The notes under the pieces were generated by a model, which was not told the DNA's origin, ran no database searches, and worked only from the letters and a program-made list of their open reading frames with translations. Made by a program: the position numbers and the translations under genes. DNA of 64,000 bases from Malacoraja senta. Taxonomy: Eukaryota. How positions within the stretch are numbered: position 1 is the first letter of the stretch; the number at the start of each line of letters is the position of its first letter. Below, piece by piece: positions 43,618 through 56,938 of the stretch. Location: assembly GCA_038087875.1 (NCBI GenBank), contig JAXLNO010000385.1, forward strand, positions 186,001-250,000. The letters are read 5' to 3'.

Positions 43618-44749
43618 GGAGACGCGAAATAGGAGTTGGATGGATTACGTTTGTAAAAGAGGGATTGAATTGTGGAATAAAGACGGAACTATTAAAGGAT
43701 GGAAAGTACTGCAGATGGAATGCCCGTGGGCTGAGTGATAGGAGTTTAAGGGCTAAGGCAGAAAAAGAAAGCGATGATAAGAAGAGTTCGGAGAACAGCA
43801 ATTAGTAGTTAAGAACGAATCGGTTACCGGTAAGCCCTCCGAGACGCTGCGTCTGACATGGCAACCCTTATAGAAGAGGGGGGAGACTGGCCAATCACAA
43901 TCTGGATCACTGTCCAATCACATCTCGGACCACTCCCATTTTGAACCACATTAGCCCGCCCACCATTACACTAAACTACTCCCTTTGTTCATTTTAACTT
44001 CTCACTTCAACAAGACGACTTTTACAATTTAAAGGCAGTGCCAGCCTTAGCCCTCCCAGTCCCAGTTCACAACGTCTCCCAGGAGAATGCCCCAGCTTGC
44101 GAATTCTGCACATTGGTCCCCACAGAGACAAAGATTATTTTAAACAGAACGGCTCTGTCAGACAAGGGAGTAGAATGTAAAGTTGATACGGAGGGATGCC
44201 TCTAGTGCGCAACGCGATTTTTTGGATACGAGGGGGCTGAGCCACTCTAGCTCACTCCTCTCGGACAAATTTGTGTACTGATGTATGTTTTGCCTGTTCA
44301 TTTGTACTAATTTTTTTTCAATGTTCGAAGGGAAGTATTTGTTCTAACCCAAAGCTCTCAAAGTATTCTAGGATGTTCTTTCAAGTTGTCACTCATCCAA
44401 GTTCTGTCCCTTATCATTCTAGAGAGCTCTCTCTGTTCTTTTCAAGGCTATGCTGCCTAGAAACTTGCAGCTCTATTCTCCTTTGTTCACGATTTCGTTC
44501 TGTCTCATTTCTCCCAAAGCCTATCGGGATACTTGACATCCAGTACCAGGCTATATTTATATACTCGTACATATTCCCCTTTTGATGAAATGGTCCGTGT
44601 CAGATGAAATAGGATGTCATGAATGAGCTTGCAATCTTTGAAAATTAATTGTTTATTCTTAACTTTAAGTTTATTTTCCTCCTATATCTTAACTTTTGAA
44701 TTGAGCTCAGATAGAAACCTGAATTCAATGATGGCCACGTGGCATTCAC

Positions 44750-45122
44750 AATAGACAATAGGTGCAGGAGTAGGCCATTCGGCCCTTCGAGCCAGCATCG
44801 GCATTCAATATGATCATGGCTGATCATCCCCAATCAGTACCCCGTTCCTGACTTCTCCCCATATCCCCTGACTCCGCTATTTTTAAGAGCCCTATCTACC
44901 TCTCTCATGAAAGCATCCAGAGAACCCGCCTCCACCGCCCTCTGATGCAGATAATTCCACAGACTCATCACTCTCTGTGAGAAAAAATGTTTCCTCGTCT
45001 CCGTATCAAATGGCTTACCCCTTATTCTTAAACTGTGTGACCCCTGGTTCTGGACTCCCCCAACATCGGGAACATTTCCTGCCTCTAGCGTGTCCAAACC
45101 CCTTAACAATCTTATATGTTTC
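44750..45122 (-). mobile_element. CR1 3' fragment inside the ERV (another at ~45826-46172, -)
   Basis: ETRKHFFSQRV...RAVEAGSL plus 3'UTR. Confidence 0.85.
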
Positions 45123-45317
45123 AGGCATCCAGGTAGATGTGCTAGCTGAGATTGTAGATTCCTTTATCTCAGAACAAAATCTGTTAATTTGAAAACGTAA
45201 ATCTGGGGGAGATAGCTTGGAACAATTGGGAATATTTTTAAATTGTTTTTTTCTTCTAAATAATGATATTTTTTACTTTTTAAAGGGTCTGCCTTGTAAG
45301 TAGTTAGAGAGTGATCT

Positions 45318-45680
45318 TACATCCCCCACCACCCATATAATTCTGGATTGGTGGAGGGAATGAATAGGACACTAAAGAGTGTGGAAGTTAGTTTTGACCG
45401 ACAGGCCCTCAGCGATTAATTAATTACAAGCGCACTGCAATTAACCCGAACCTTGTCGGTCTTGCATTCAGAGGTATTGGAAACGCAGAAGCCACTGCCA
45501 GTTGAACACAGACACAGTCCATACTACTTGGGAGACTACATACTGCTAAGGTACTGGGATCGGACAAAATTGGGTCTGTGTTGGAGGGGACTGTACCAGG
45601 TGCTACTACGACACCAACCACCGTGAAGATTGAAGATTACACCCATTGAAGACATCTGACACGATGGACTAAATGGAGGG
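45318..45680 (+). pseudogene. Retroviral integrase core end and C-terminal domain (decayed pol)
   Basis: YIPHHPYNSGLVEGMNRTLK (cf. HxPYHPQSSGxVERMNRTLK) and LGDYILLRYWDRTKLGLCWRGLYQVLL-TPTTVKIE (cf. PGDxVLV...PRWxGPYxVLLTTPTAVKV). Confidence 0.85.
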
Positions 45681-46379
45681 GAACCAAGAAACGACAATGG
45701 GGCTATTAACCCTCCTTTTTATCCTGAGGTTGGACTTGGGGAACAACCCCTGCACCAAGACGTCCTGTGAATAAGTCTGACAACTCTCCTTACGGTTATA
45801 ACACTGACCAAGATGGATCCATTACATAGAAACATAGAAAATAGGTGCAGGAGGAGGCCATTCGGCCATTCGAACCAGCACCGCCATTCATTATGATCAT
45901 GGCTGATCGTCCCCAATCAATAACCCGTGCCTGCCTTCTCCCCATATCCCTTGACTCCACTAGCCCCTAGAGCTCTATCTAACTCTCTTAAATCCATCCA
46001 GTGACTTGGCCTCCACTGCCCTCTGTGGCAGGGAATTCCACAAATTCACAACTCTCTGGGTGAAAAAGTTTTTTTCTCACCTCAGTCTTAAATGACATCC
46101 GCTTTATTCTACGACTGTGTGTGGCACCTGGTTCTGGACTCATTCCAACATTGGGAACATTTTTCCTGCATCTACCACAGGTTCTTGAAGTAACCAGAAA
46201 AAGGTGGCACCTGATCCTGGAGCTACAGAGAGAGCTGAAACTGATGGAAAATGTGCTCACCCAGTCTGGAAATGACCATCTCGCTTCCATCACACACCAG
46301 CTGAAGGAGAGCAATCAGGTTGCGGAGTTACAAAGGCCTGATTTAGGAGTGCGACTCAGTTACAGAACTGGATTAAAAA

Positions 46380-48390
46380 TGGGAGATGCAACGAGACCTG
46401 GGTGTCATGGTACACCAGTCATTGAAAGTGGGCGTGCAGGTGCAGCAGGCAGTGAAGAAAGCGAATGGTATGTTAGCATTCATAGCAAAAGGATTTGAGT
46501 ATAGGTGCAGGGAGGTTCTACTGCAGTTGTACAAGGTCTTGGTGAGACCACACCTGGAGTATTGCGTCCAGTTTTGGTCTCCTAATCTGAGGAAGGACAT
46601 TCTTGACATAGAGGGAGTACAGAGAAGGTTCACCAGACTGATTCCTGGGATGGCAGGACTTTCATATGAAGAAAGACTGGATAGACTCGGCTTGTACTCG
46701 CTAGAATTTAGAAGATTGAGGGGGGATCTTATAGAAACGTACAAAATTCTTGAGGGGCTGGACAGGCTAGATGCAGGAAGATTGTTCCCAATGTTGGGGA
46801 AGTCCAGAACAGGGGGTCACAGTTTAAGGGTAAAGGGGAAATCTTTTAGGACTGAGATGAGAAAAACATTTTTTACACAGAGAGTGGTGAATCCCTGGAT
46901 TTCTCTGCCACAGAATATAGTTGAGGCCAGTTCATTGGCTATATTTAAGAGGGAGTTAAATGTGGCCCTCGTGGCTAAAGGGATCAGGGGGTATGGAGAG
47001 AAAGCAGGTAGAGGATACTGAGTTCGATGATTTATGAAAGGTAAATCATGTCTGACGAATCTTATAGAATTTTTCGAGGATGTAGCTAGTAGAGTGGATA
47101 GGGGAGAACCAGTGGATGTGTTGTATCTGGACTTTCAGAAGGCTTTCGACAAGGTCCCACATAAGAGATTAATATACAAACTTAAAGCACACGGTTTTGG
47201 GGGTTCAGTATTGATGTGGATAGAGAACTGGCTGGCAAACAGGAAGCAAAGATAGGAGTAAACGGGTCCTTTTCACAATGGCAGGCAGTGACTAGTGGGG
47301 TACCACAAGGCTCAGTGCTGGGACCCCAGCTATTTACAATTTATATTAATGAACTGGATGAGGGAATTGAAGGCAACATCTCCAAGTTTGCGGATGACAC
47401 TAAGCTGGGGGCAGTGTTAGCTGTGAGGAGGATGCTAGGGGACTGCAAGGTGACTTGGATAGGCTGGGTGAGTAGGCAAATGTTTGGCAGATGCAGTATA
47501 ATGTGGATAAATGTGAGGTTATCCACTTTGGTGGCAAAAACAGGAAAGCAGACTATTATCTAAATGGTGGCCGATTAGGAAAAGGGGAGATGCAGCGAGA
47601 CCTGGGTGTCATGGTACACCAGTCATTGAAAGTGTAGGCATGCAGGTGCAGCAGGCAGTGAAGCAAGCGAATGGTATGTTAGCTTTCATAGCAAAAGCAT
47701 TTGAGTATAGGAGCAGGGAGGTTCTACTGCAGTTGTACAGGGTCTTGGTGAGACCACACCTGGAGTATTGCGTACAGTTTTGGTCTCCAAATCTGAGGAA
47801 AGACATTATAGCCATAGAGGGAGTGCAGAGAAGGTTCACCAGACTGATTCCTGGGATGTCAGGACTTTCATATGAAGAAAGACTGGATAGACTCGGTTTA
47901 TACTCGCTATAACTTAGGAGATTGAGAGGGGATCTTATAGAAACTGACAAAATTCTTATGGGGTTGGACAGGCTAGATGCAGGAAGATTGTTCCCGATGT
48001 TGGGGAAGACCAGGACAAGGAGTCACAGCTTAAGGATAAGGGGGAAATCCTTTAAGACCGAGATGAGAAAAAACATTTTCACACAGAGAGTGGTGAATCT
48101 CTGGAACTCTCTGCCACAGAAGGTAGTTGAGGCCAGTTCATTGGCTATATTTAAGAGGGAGTTAGATGTGGCCCTTGTGGCTAAAGGGATCAGGGGGTAT
48201 GTAGAGAAGGCAGGTACGAGATACTGAGTTGGATTATCAGCCATGATAATATTGAATGGCGGTGCAGGCTCGAAGGGCCGAATGGCCTACTCCTGCACAT
48301 ATTTTCTATGTATCTATTTATCTATGTATCAGCCATGATCATATTAAATGGCGGTGCAGGCTCGGGGCCGAATAGCCAAATCCTGCACCT
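46380..48390 (+). mobile_element. Tandem CR1 RT/3' fragments inside the ERV
   Basis: ORFs 46386-47021, 47034-47563 and 47640-48227 encode CR1 RT C-terminal motifs. Confidence 0.9.
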
Positions 48391-49198
48391 ATTTCGAATG
48401 TTTCTATGAAGACGAACCACATTTAATCAACAATTTTGAAGCATATCGAGCTCTATCGGGTGACCTAGAGAGAGAGAAGCTGAACATTTTGAAACAGTTG
48501 GACCTCTTGAGAGAGATAATACACGACCCTGACCAGGAAGACAATGACTGAGACCTGGTGGGTAATCAGTGTGATGAGAATCAGGAGATTGATGAGGATG
48601 GCAACAATGGCGTTTCTGATGAGAAGGACAATTGCTGTTTATTCCCAACCCTGACCAGATCGATGCCGATGGTGACGGCAGAGGAGACACGACTTTGAGA
48701 ACGACAACATCCCAGATATCTATGACATGTTCCCTGAGAACAGCGTCATCTGCGAGACTGACCTGAGGAAGTTCCAACGGGGACGATGCAGATCGATCCT
48801 CAAGGTGTGAACCCTACCGAGGGCCGAGATGGGGAACAATGCTCTCCGAAGATACTGGCAATACCCTCGGACAGGTGCGAACTTTATGGCACAACCCCAT
48901 GAATATCGGCTGAAAGGATTACACCGACAGGTGGCACCTGATCCTTCAACCCGAAACAAGCTTCATCAGGTCAATGAAGAGAATGAGAACGGGTTGCCAT
49001 GTCCGTTGGTTCGATGGACTTTGAGGTACTATTGAACTGGTGACTATACCTTTGGTTTGATGGACTTTGGGGACTGTGATACATTATGGCTCTATCTGTT
49101 AATCATTGCTCTAATCTTTATCATTAAATTCTTGCGAGCATTGTGTACCTATCGAGGACTGTGAATGTTATCATATATGATTAAAAAAAAGGAGGGAA

Positions 49199-50340
49199 TG
49201 AAAGAGATAATAGTCAAATCTAATCTAGTTTACAAAATAGTCGTTCTTCTTACTAATATAAGATGGAAACTTATGCCCATGTCCCACTTAAGAAACCTGA
49301 ACGGAAACCTCTGGAGACTTTGCGCCCCACCCAATGTTTCCGTGCGGTTCCCGGAGGTTTTTGTCCGTCTCCCTAATGGTCGAAAGTGGTTCCCCTTCTT
49401 CTATGTTCCGGCGATTATTTCAAAAAATTCAAAACCTGCCGCGACTAAAAATAGGTTGCTGTTTTAAAAATCAGTAATTTTTTAGTCGAAGCCGGTTGCG
49501 ATGTTAGTTGAAGGTGGTTGCCGGAGGTTACCTTCCACTACCTGCAACCTCCGGCAACCACCTGCAACTTCCGGCAACCACCTTCAACATGCATCGCAAC
49601 CGGCTTCGACTAAAAAATCACCGATTTTTTAAACGGCAACCTATTTTTAGTCGCGGCTGGTTTTGAATTTTTTGAAATAATCGCCGGAACATAGAAGAAG
49701 CTGAAACCACTTTCGACCATTAGGGAGACGGACAAAAGCCTCCGGGAACCGCACGGAAACCTTGGGTGGGGCGCAAAGTCTCCAGAGGTTTTCGTTCAGG
49801 TTTCCTAAGTGGGACAGGGGCATTTTCTGTAAAGAACGCATGGTCTAATAGAACAAAAAGAATGGCTCGGTGCTAAGTCTGAACGGCTGCAAATTATATG
49901 GAACACAATATGGAGGACAAGTTATCTTTTCAATAAAGACATTAAGATGGAAACCTGCGTAATGACATGTGCTTCTTTCAAGACCATAAAGAAGCCAAGA
50001 TTGAAAAAAATAGCTATCGCTGCAGAAATAAGCAATAACTTGTTATTGGATGAGCTTGATTTCGACCCAGCTATTCCTATATTCTGAAAGGCTATAGAAT
50101 CTTTCAATCATGCCATATTCAGACTCGGTAGGAGTGTTTTCCTGATAAGGAAAATGTATAATTGTGCTAACTTTCCTTTGTTCTGTGAGTGGAGCCCGAG
50201 AAACACTGAGCAACGTTTGTGGTCTTTGTAGATCTTGCCACTCCCGTCTGACGAATTGATTAAAGATTGGCTTGGTTTACCTATAACCGGTTGTTTACCT
50301 GTTGTTTTCTGCTTTTAAGAAACAAACTTTGATACCACCA
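49199..50340 (+). mobile_element. ERV 3' LTR (~590 bp without the MITE); 3' end approximate
   Basis: Preceded by PPT; starts TG; TATA-like GTATAATT at ~50156; poly(A) signal ATTAAA at ~50259; ends ...ACCA. Confidence 0.75.
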
Positions 50341-50611
50341 GCCCCATTTGAGGGGGGACGGGAGGGCGGAGGGGAAGAGGGGTAACAAAAAGGTTACGGG
50401 ATGTCCCGACGAATAATAATATGTCTTCCTTTCCAAAGAGGAGCACGGAAATCCTTGGGGAGAGAGGACCGAAAGAGGGAAGAAATTAGGGATTTCTACG
50501 ATCATTTCCTCTCTAATCTCCTCTCTCCTCTCCTCCCCTCTACTCTCCTCTCAACCCATCCCCTCTTCTCATCTCTCCTCCCCTCTCTCCTCCTCGCCAC
50601 TTTTACCTGAA

Positions 50612-53600
50612 TTTTTTTTTGTTGAAGATATCTTTTATTGGAGATAAGTACATAACCTATTAACATCATTACAGTCTTACATTTTTAAATTGATAATATT
50701 ATCACATTTATTATTACATTGTCTCCAATACCTTTTGCCTTTTTTTAAAATTTTTTTTATTTTAAACTAGATAGAACTAAAAAGATAGATGAAGTAAAGA
50801 AAGAAAAGAGAGAGAAGAAAAAGAGAGAGAAAAAAAAAACACAAAAAAAACACTTAAAAAAAGAGAAAGATTGTTAAAGAAGAGTGGAAAAATGTATTGA
50901 AATAAAAACTTCATTCGAGATATATTCGTACATTTCAGAATATAGCATTTCATCCATTTTTTAGCCCGAGCATTAGTCAGGTTCCCGTGCTGAACCATTC
51001 TGACCCTTTAAATAATCAATAAAAGGAGACCATGTTCCAACGAATACTTCCTGTTTGTCCAACAGGGAAAATCTGATTCTTTCCACGTTTAAGGTCTCCG
51101 TCATTTCTATAATCCACATTTTGATTGTGGCCTTTCCAAAATTTTAGAATTAATTTGTTTCCTGTTATTATGCTATAATCAATAAAGTGTCTTTGTGTTG
51201 TTGTAAATGTTTGAATTAATTCTGATGTTCCGAGTATTATAAATTTTGGATCCGGGTCCACTTGTGTGCTGGTCACTTTAGATATTATACTAAAAATATT
51301 TACCCAGAATTTTTTAATTTTTTAATTTTTGTACAGTTTGCAAACATATGAGATAAGGTGGCTTCTAAATGTTGACATTTACCACATATAGGTGAGATAT
51401 GTTGAAAGATTTTATGTAATTTTGTTTTTGAATAATGCAAACTATGTATTACTTTAAATTGTATTAAAGAATGTCTGGCATTTAATGAACATTGATGTAT
51501 GTGTTGTAAACTTTCTTCCCAAGTATCTTTCGTTATTATTTCATTTAATTATTTTTCCATGTTTGTCTGTGTAAGTCCGTCGATGGAATGTCACTGTCTA
51601 ATAAGATATTATATATATAAGATATTAATTTTTCTGTATTAGGATGTTTATTCCAACATTCGTCAAGAATTTCTGAATTTCTAATTCGAAAGTTTTGAGT
51701 ATTCGATTTTACATAATCTCTGAGTTGAAGATATCTGAAATAATCATTTCCTCGAAGTCCATATGTCTGTTGCAACTCCTGAAATGTCAGAAAAGTGCCT
51801 TCATTATAAAGTTGTCCCATATTTTTAATTCCATAATTCTTCCATTGTGTAAAACCCCTGTCCAACCATGAGGGTTTAGACAAAGGGTTATTCACAATTG
51901 GGAGAAAAAGTGATAAATTATCTAATTTTAATGTCTTTTTTAATTGTTTCCAAATTCGTATGGCACTAAATATTATTGGGTTTTCCCTATAAATTTTTTT
52001 GTTTAATTTAGATGTAGCAAATAATATCGAACCGATATCAAAAGGCAAACAATCTTCCTTTTCCATTTTTAACCAATCTGGTTGTTGTTCTATTTCTTCC
52101 AACCAGAAATTCATATTTTTAATATTAACTGCCCAAAAATAAAACAGAAAGTTGGGTAAAACCAAACCTCCATTTATTTTTGAGTTACACAAATGTCTTT
52201 TGTTTATCCTATGATTCTTATAATCCCAGATAAAATCATTAACAATAGAGTCCAATTTTAAAAAAAGTTTTTTGACAAATATATCGGAATTGTCTGAAAA
52301 AGGTATAATATTTGCGGTAAAAAAATCATTTTTATGGCATTAATTTTGCCAATCATTGAGATAGGAAGTGTTTTCCAGTATTGAATATTCTTATGTAGTT
52401 TATTCAGTAGTGGGGGAAAATTTGCTTTAAATAATGATGTATATATCTTAGTTACATAGATACCTAGGTATTTAAATTTTCCGTTTACTATTATAAATGG
52501 AAATTGTTGTATTATGTGTTTGTTATGTTCCCTTATTGGCATAATTTCACTTTTATTCCAATTTATTCTGTATCCTGAGAGTGAACCAAATTGGGTTATT
52601 GGCTCTAATAAGTTTGGAATACTAATTTCTGATTTTGTAATGTAAATTAGTACATCATCTGCGTATAGATAAATTTTATTCACTGCGTCCTTTGTGATAT
52701 ACCCATATATTTCCGGATGACCCCTAACTCTTTCTGCAAGTGGCTCAATAGCTAAAGCAAATAATAATGGAGATAACGGGCATCCTTGTCTACAACCTCT
52801 AGATAGGCTGAATTTTGATGACAACCTTTGATTTGTTAATATTCTAGCCGTAGGATTTGTATATAACAGTTTTATCCATGTACAGAATTTCTCCCCTAGT
52901 TGCATATTTTCCATCACTGAAAATAAATAAGACCATTCAACCTGATCAAATGCTTTTCAGCATCTAGTGAGATTATTTCTAGATCTTCATTAATAATTCT
53001 CTTAGAATAAATAATATTAAATAATCTTCTTAGATTATAATATGTACCGTTTTTGAATAAAGCCTGTTTGGTCAGGGTGTATTATTTTATTCATCACTGT
53101 ACTTAATCTATGCGCTAGTATTTTAGTTAATATTTTTTGATCTGTATTTAAAAGTGCAATTGCTCTATATGATCCCGGATCTTCCGGATCTTTATCAGCT
53201 TTAGGAATAAGTGTTATTATAGATTCATTTAAAGTGTCTGGGAGTTTCTGTTGAGTATAGATATGCTCATACAGCCTTTGTAAACGTGGGCATAGCAAGT
53301 CATTAAATTTTTTATAAACTTCAGAGCCGAAACCATCTGGTCCTACTGCTTTACCATTTTTTAAAGAGCCAATAGACTCCTCAATATCCTTTATCGTAAT
53401 CTCCTTTTCTAATAATTCTCTATCATTTGAATCTAAACCTTTTAAATTACATTTTAGTAAAAAAATCTGCTATTCCTTCCGTTTGTGTTACAGTTTTAGT
53501 TGAATAAAGGTTATGATAGTATTGGAGAAATCTTTCATTTATGTCCTTGGGCATTTTTAATAATTCTCTCTCTGTTCTAATTTTATGAATTATTTTTTCC

Positions 53601-55198
53601 CCTTCCATTTTTCGTAACTGACGTGCTAATAGTTTTTGTGGTTTGTCTCCAAATTCAAAATGTAATTGTTTGGTTTTTTGATAAAGTTTTATTACTTGTT
53701 CTGAATACATTTTATTTAATTTATATTTCAATACAGCAATTTTATTATGTTTTGAAATAGATGGCATTCTCGCATTGTCTAAATCTAGTTGTTTGATTTC
53801 CCTTTCCAATGTTTGTTGTTTAATCCTGTTCTCTTTATTATAAAATACTTGAGCAGAGATTAATGCACCTCGAACAAACGCTTTAAACGTTTCCCACATA
53901 AGAGAAGTAGGTGTGTCAGGGTTATCGTTTACCTCAAAAATATTTGAATCTGTTTAATAATATATTCCTGGCATGATTTTTCGTTCAAGATTTGTGGGTT
54001 AAATCTCCAATATGTTTGTTTCTCGGACATTCCATTTAATTTAATCATAAATGTTACAGGTACGTGGTCTGAGATTATAATATTATGGTATTTTGAGTTA
54101 TAAGTAAATGGGATAAACGTGGAGTCAACTAAAAAATAATCTATTCTTGTGTATGTTTTGTGTACTGGAGAGTAAAATGAATATTCCCGTCCAGTTGGAT
54201 TTTCTATTCTCCAGACATCCTTAATATTAGTGGTATTAATAAATGAATTTAGAAATACACTTGATTGAGATTTTACTTTTTTTTGCCTTGATGATCTATC
54301 TAAGTATGAATCTAATGTACAGTTGAAGTCTCCTCCAATTATTAATTTATATTGTGTAAATTCAGGAATTTTATTAAATGTTTTATTAAAGAACATAGGG
54401 TTATCAAAATTAGGCCCATATACATTCAGAAGAATCACTTTTTCTCCATTTAGCTCTCCAACTAATATAATATATCTACCATCAATATCCGCTATTGTTG
54501 ATAAATTCGTAAAAGGTATTCCTTTACGAATTAATATTGAAACTCCTCTGGACTTATGGGAAAAGGAGGAATGATATGATTCAGCGATCCACTTAGCTTT
54601 AAGTCTGTGTTGGGATTCCTTTTTAAGGTGTGTTTCTTGAAGGAATATAATATCTGCTTTGATTAAATTTAGATGTGCCAAGACTTTACCTCTCTTAATT
54701 GGTTCATTGATTCCCTTGACATTCCAACTACAAAATGTTATTCCCTGACCCCCTCTTGTCATAGTAACATCTTGCATATTATTTCTAAGGTGGTCTATAA
54801 CCGAGCAGAAGGTGCAGCACATAAAACCTGACCCTGCTCCTGAACCTCAAATAGATGAATTTAAAATCATATACATCGTTCTTCCGAACACATCTCCTTG
54901 TATTAGTCTTGTTTTTCCATTCTAACATTAAGTTATAAAAATATTTAAAGTGAAAAAAGTGATAGAATTGGTTAGTATAGGGTGAAAGAAAAAAAACTAC
55001 ATCTACAATTAGTGTAGTTAGTGATAGCCGCACTAACGTGGCTAGAATTCTAAAGACTTCCGTAGCCTTTGTAAAAAAAAAAAATTCCCAGCTCCGTGCC
55101 GAAAAAAAAAAGATTATTTCTAATAATCAAATAATTTCTTTGGGAGTAACAAACATATATACATACCCACATATACGCACACATATACATACATATAT

Positions 55199-55273
<75 letters not shown>

Positions 55274-55952
55274 CACATGCATACATACATAAGCACGCAT
55301 CCCTGCAGAATAGTCCAAGAACAGCATAAATTCATAATGTTGTTATACTCTACATATCATATTAATATCCTCGCTAAATCTATAAATTTAATTTTAAATT
55401 GAGAAATAATTAGTTATTAATCATTGTTATCAATCATACCCAGTAATAAATTTTTATGAGTAATATAAATGTTAATAATTCTAGTAGTAATATAGATATT
55501 TAATAAGTATTAGTTATTACATATATAGTTAGATATGAATATACAGATAATAATAGTGATTAATAAAAATATTTAAAAAATTAATTTAAAAAAAACCCAC
55601 GGTTATCTCCAATGTCCACCGTCCATTCGGTTTTCAAATGTCCTTAAAGCTCTTAAAAGAACTTTAAAGATCCTTTTAGATCTGGCGGTCCCGTTAATCC
55701 TTGACTCCTGAAGTGTAATGTAAATTCTTCAGTCTGCGGTCACGTTCCCAATTTCTTTGGCGAATTCCAGTGCTTTTTCATGGTCTGTAAAAAATTGCTC
55801 CTTGTTCTTGTAGGTGACTCTTAGTCTTGCGGGGTAGAGCAGGCCGTATCTCAAATCAGGTACATTCTTCAGTATTATTTTTGTCTCAGTGAACAGCGCC
55901 CTTTTCTTGAAGACCTCTGCCGGATAATCTCGGTAGATACTGAACCTTTACC
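50612..55952 (-). mobile_element. L1-clade LINE, mirror copy of 25315-30658
   Basis: ORFs 53929-54822, 53447-53899, 52258-52917 and 51545-52255 match the left-arm copy. Confidence 0.95.
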
Positions 55953-56938
55953 TGAATGACGTCAAGTTAGGAAAAGGGAAGTACAACAAGATCTGGGTGT
56001 CCTTGTTCATCAGTCACTGAAAGTAACATGCAGGCACAGCGGGCCGTGAAGAAAGCTAATGGCATGTTGGCCTTCATAACAAGAGGCGCTGAGTATAGGA
56101 GCAAAGAGGTCTTTCTGCAGTTGTACAGGGCCCTGGTGAGGCCACACCTGGAGTATTGTGTGCAGTTTAGCTCGCCAAATTTGCGGAAGGACATTTTTTC
56201 TTTGAGGTAGTGCAGCGTAGGTTCACCAGGTTAATTCCCGGGATGGCGGGACTGTCAGATGTTGAAAGAATGGAGCGACTGGGCTTGTATACACTGGAAT
56301 TTAGAAGGATGAGAGGGGATCTTATTGAAACATATATGATTACAAGACTACGTGGGATCCTTTGGGTCACATTCCACCAATACAATATTCCACCACTTAC
56401 GCATAGCCACCTATTGCGCAGGCGTGGCTGATCGATTCCCGTTGTGACGCCACTGATCTCCCCCCTCGTCCCTTGACTCCCCCCTTCCCTCCTTGCCCTT
56501 CCCCTGCTCCCACTTACCGCGCCCCTCCTTCATCTCCCCCTCTCCTTACTCCCTCTTGACGCGGCTGATGGGTTCCCGCTGTGATGCCACTGATCCCCCC
56601 TCTTCCCCTCCCCCTCCCCCACTACCCCACCCCCTTGCCCTTTCCCCCACCCTCCCCCTCCCCGCCATCTCCCTCCCCACCACCCTTTCCCCTCCTCCCT
56701 CCCCCCCCTCCTCTCCCCTCCTTCTGTCAAGTTGGGAAAAGAGGAAGTACAACGGGATCTGGGGGTCCTTGTACATCAGTCTACGAAAGTAAGCATGCAG
56801 GTACAGCAGGCAGTGAAGAAAGCGAATGGCATGTTGGCGTTTATAACAAGAGGAATGGAATATAGGAGCAAAGAGGTACTTCTGCAGTTTTACAGAGCCC
56901 TAGTGAGACCACAACTGGAGTATTGTGTGCAGTTTTGC

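Noticed and set aside
44230..44640. Possible inverted gag capsid (MHR-like KISTNEQAKHTSVHKFVR) fragment
   Set aside because: Similarity too weak to support by eye; needs a profile search.
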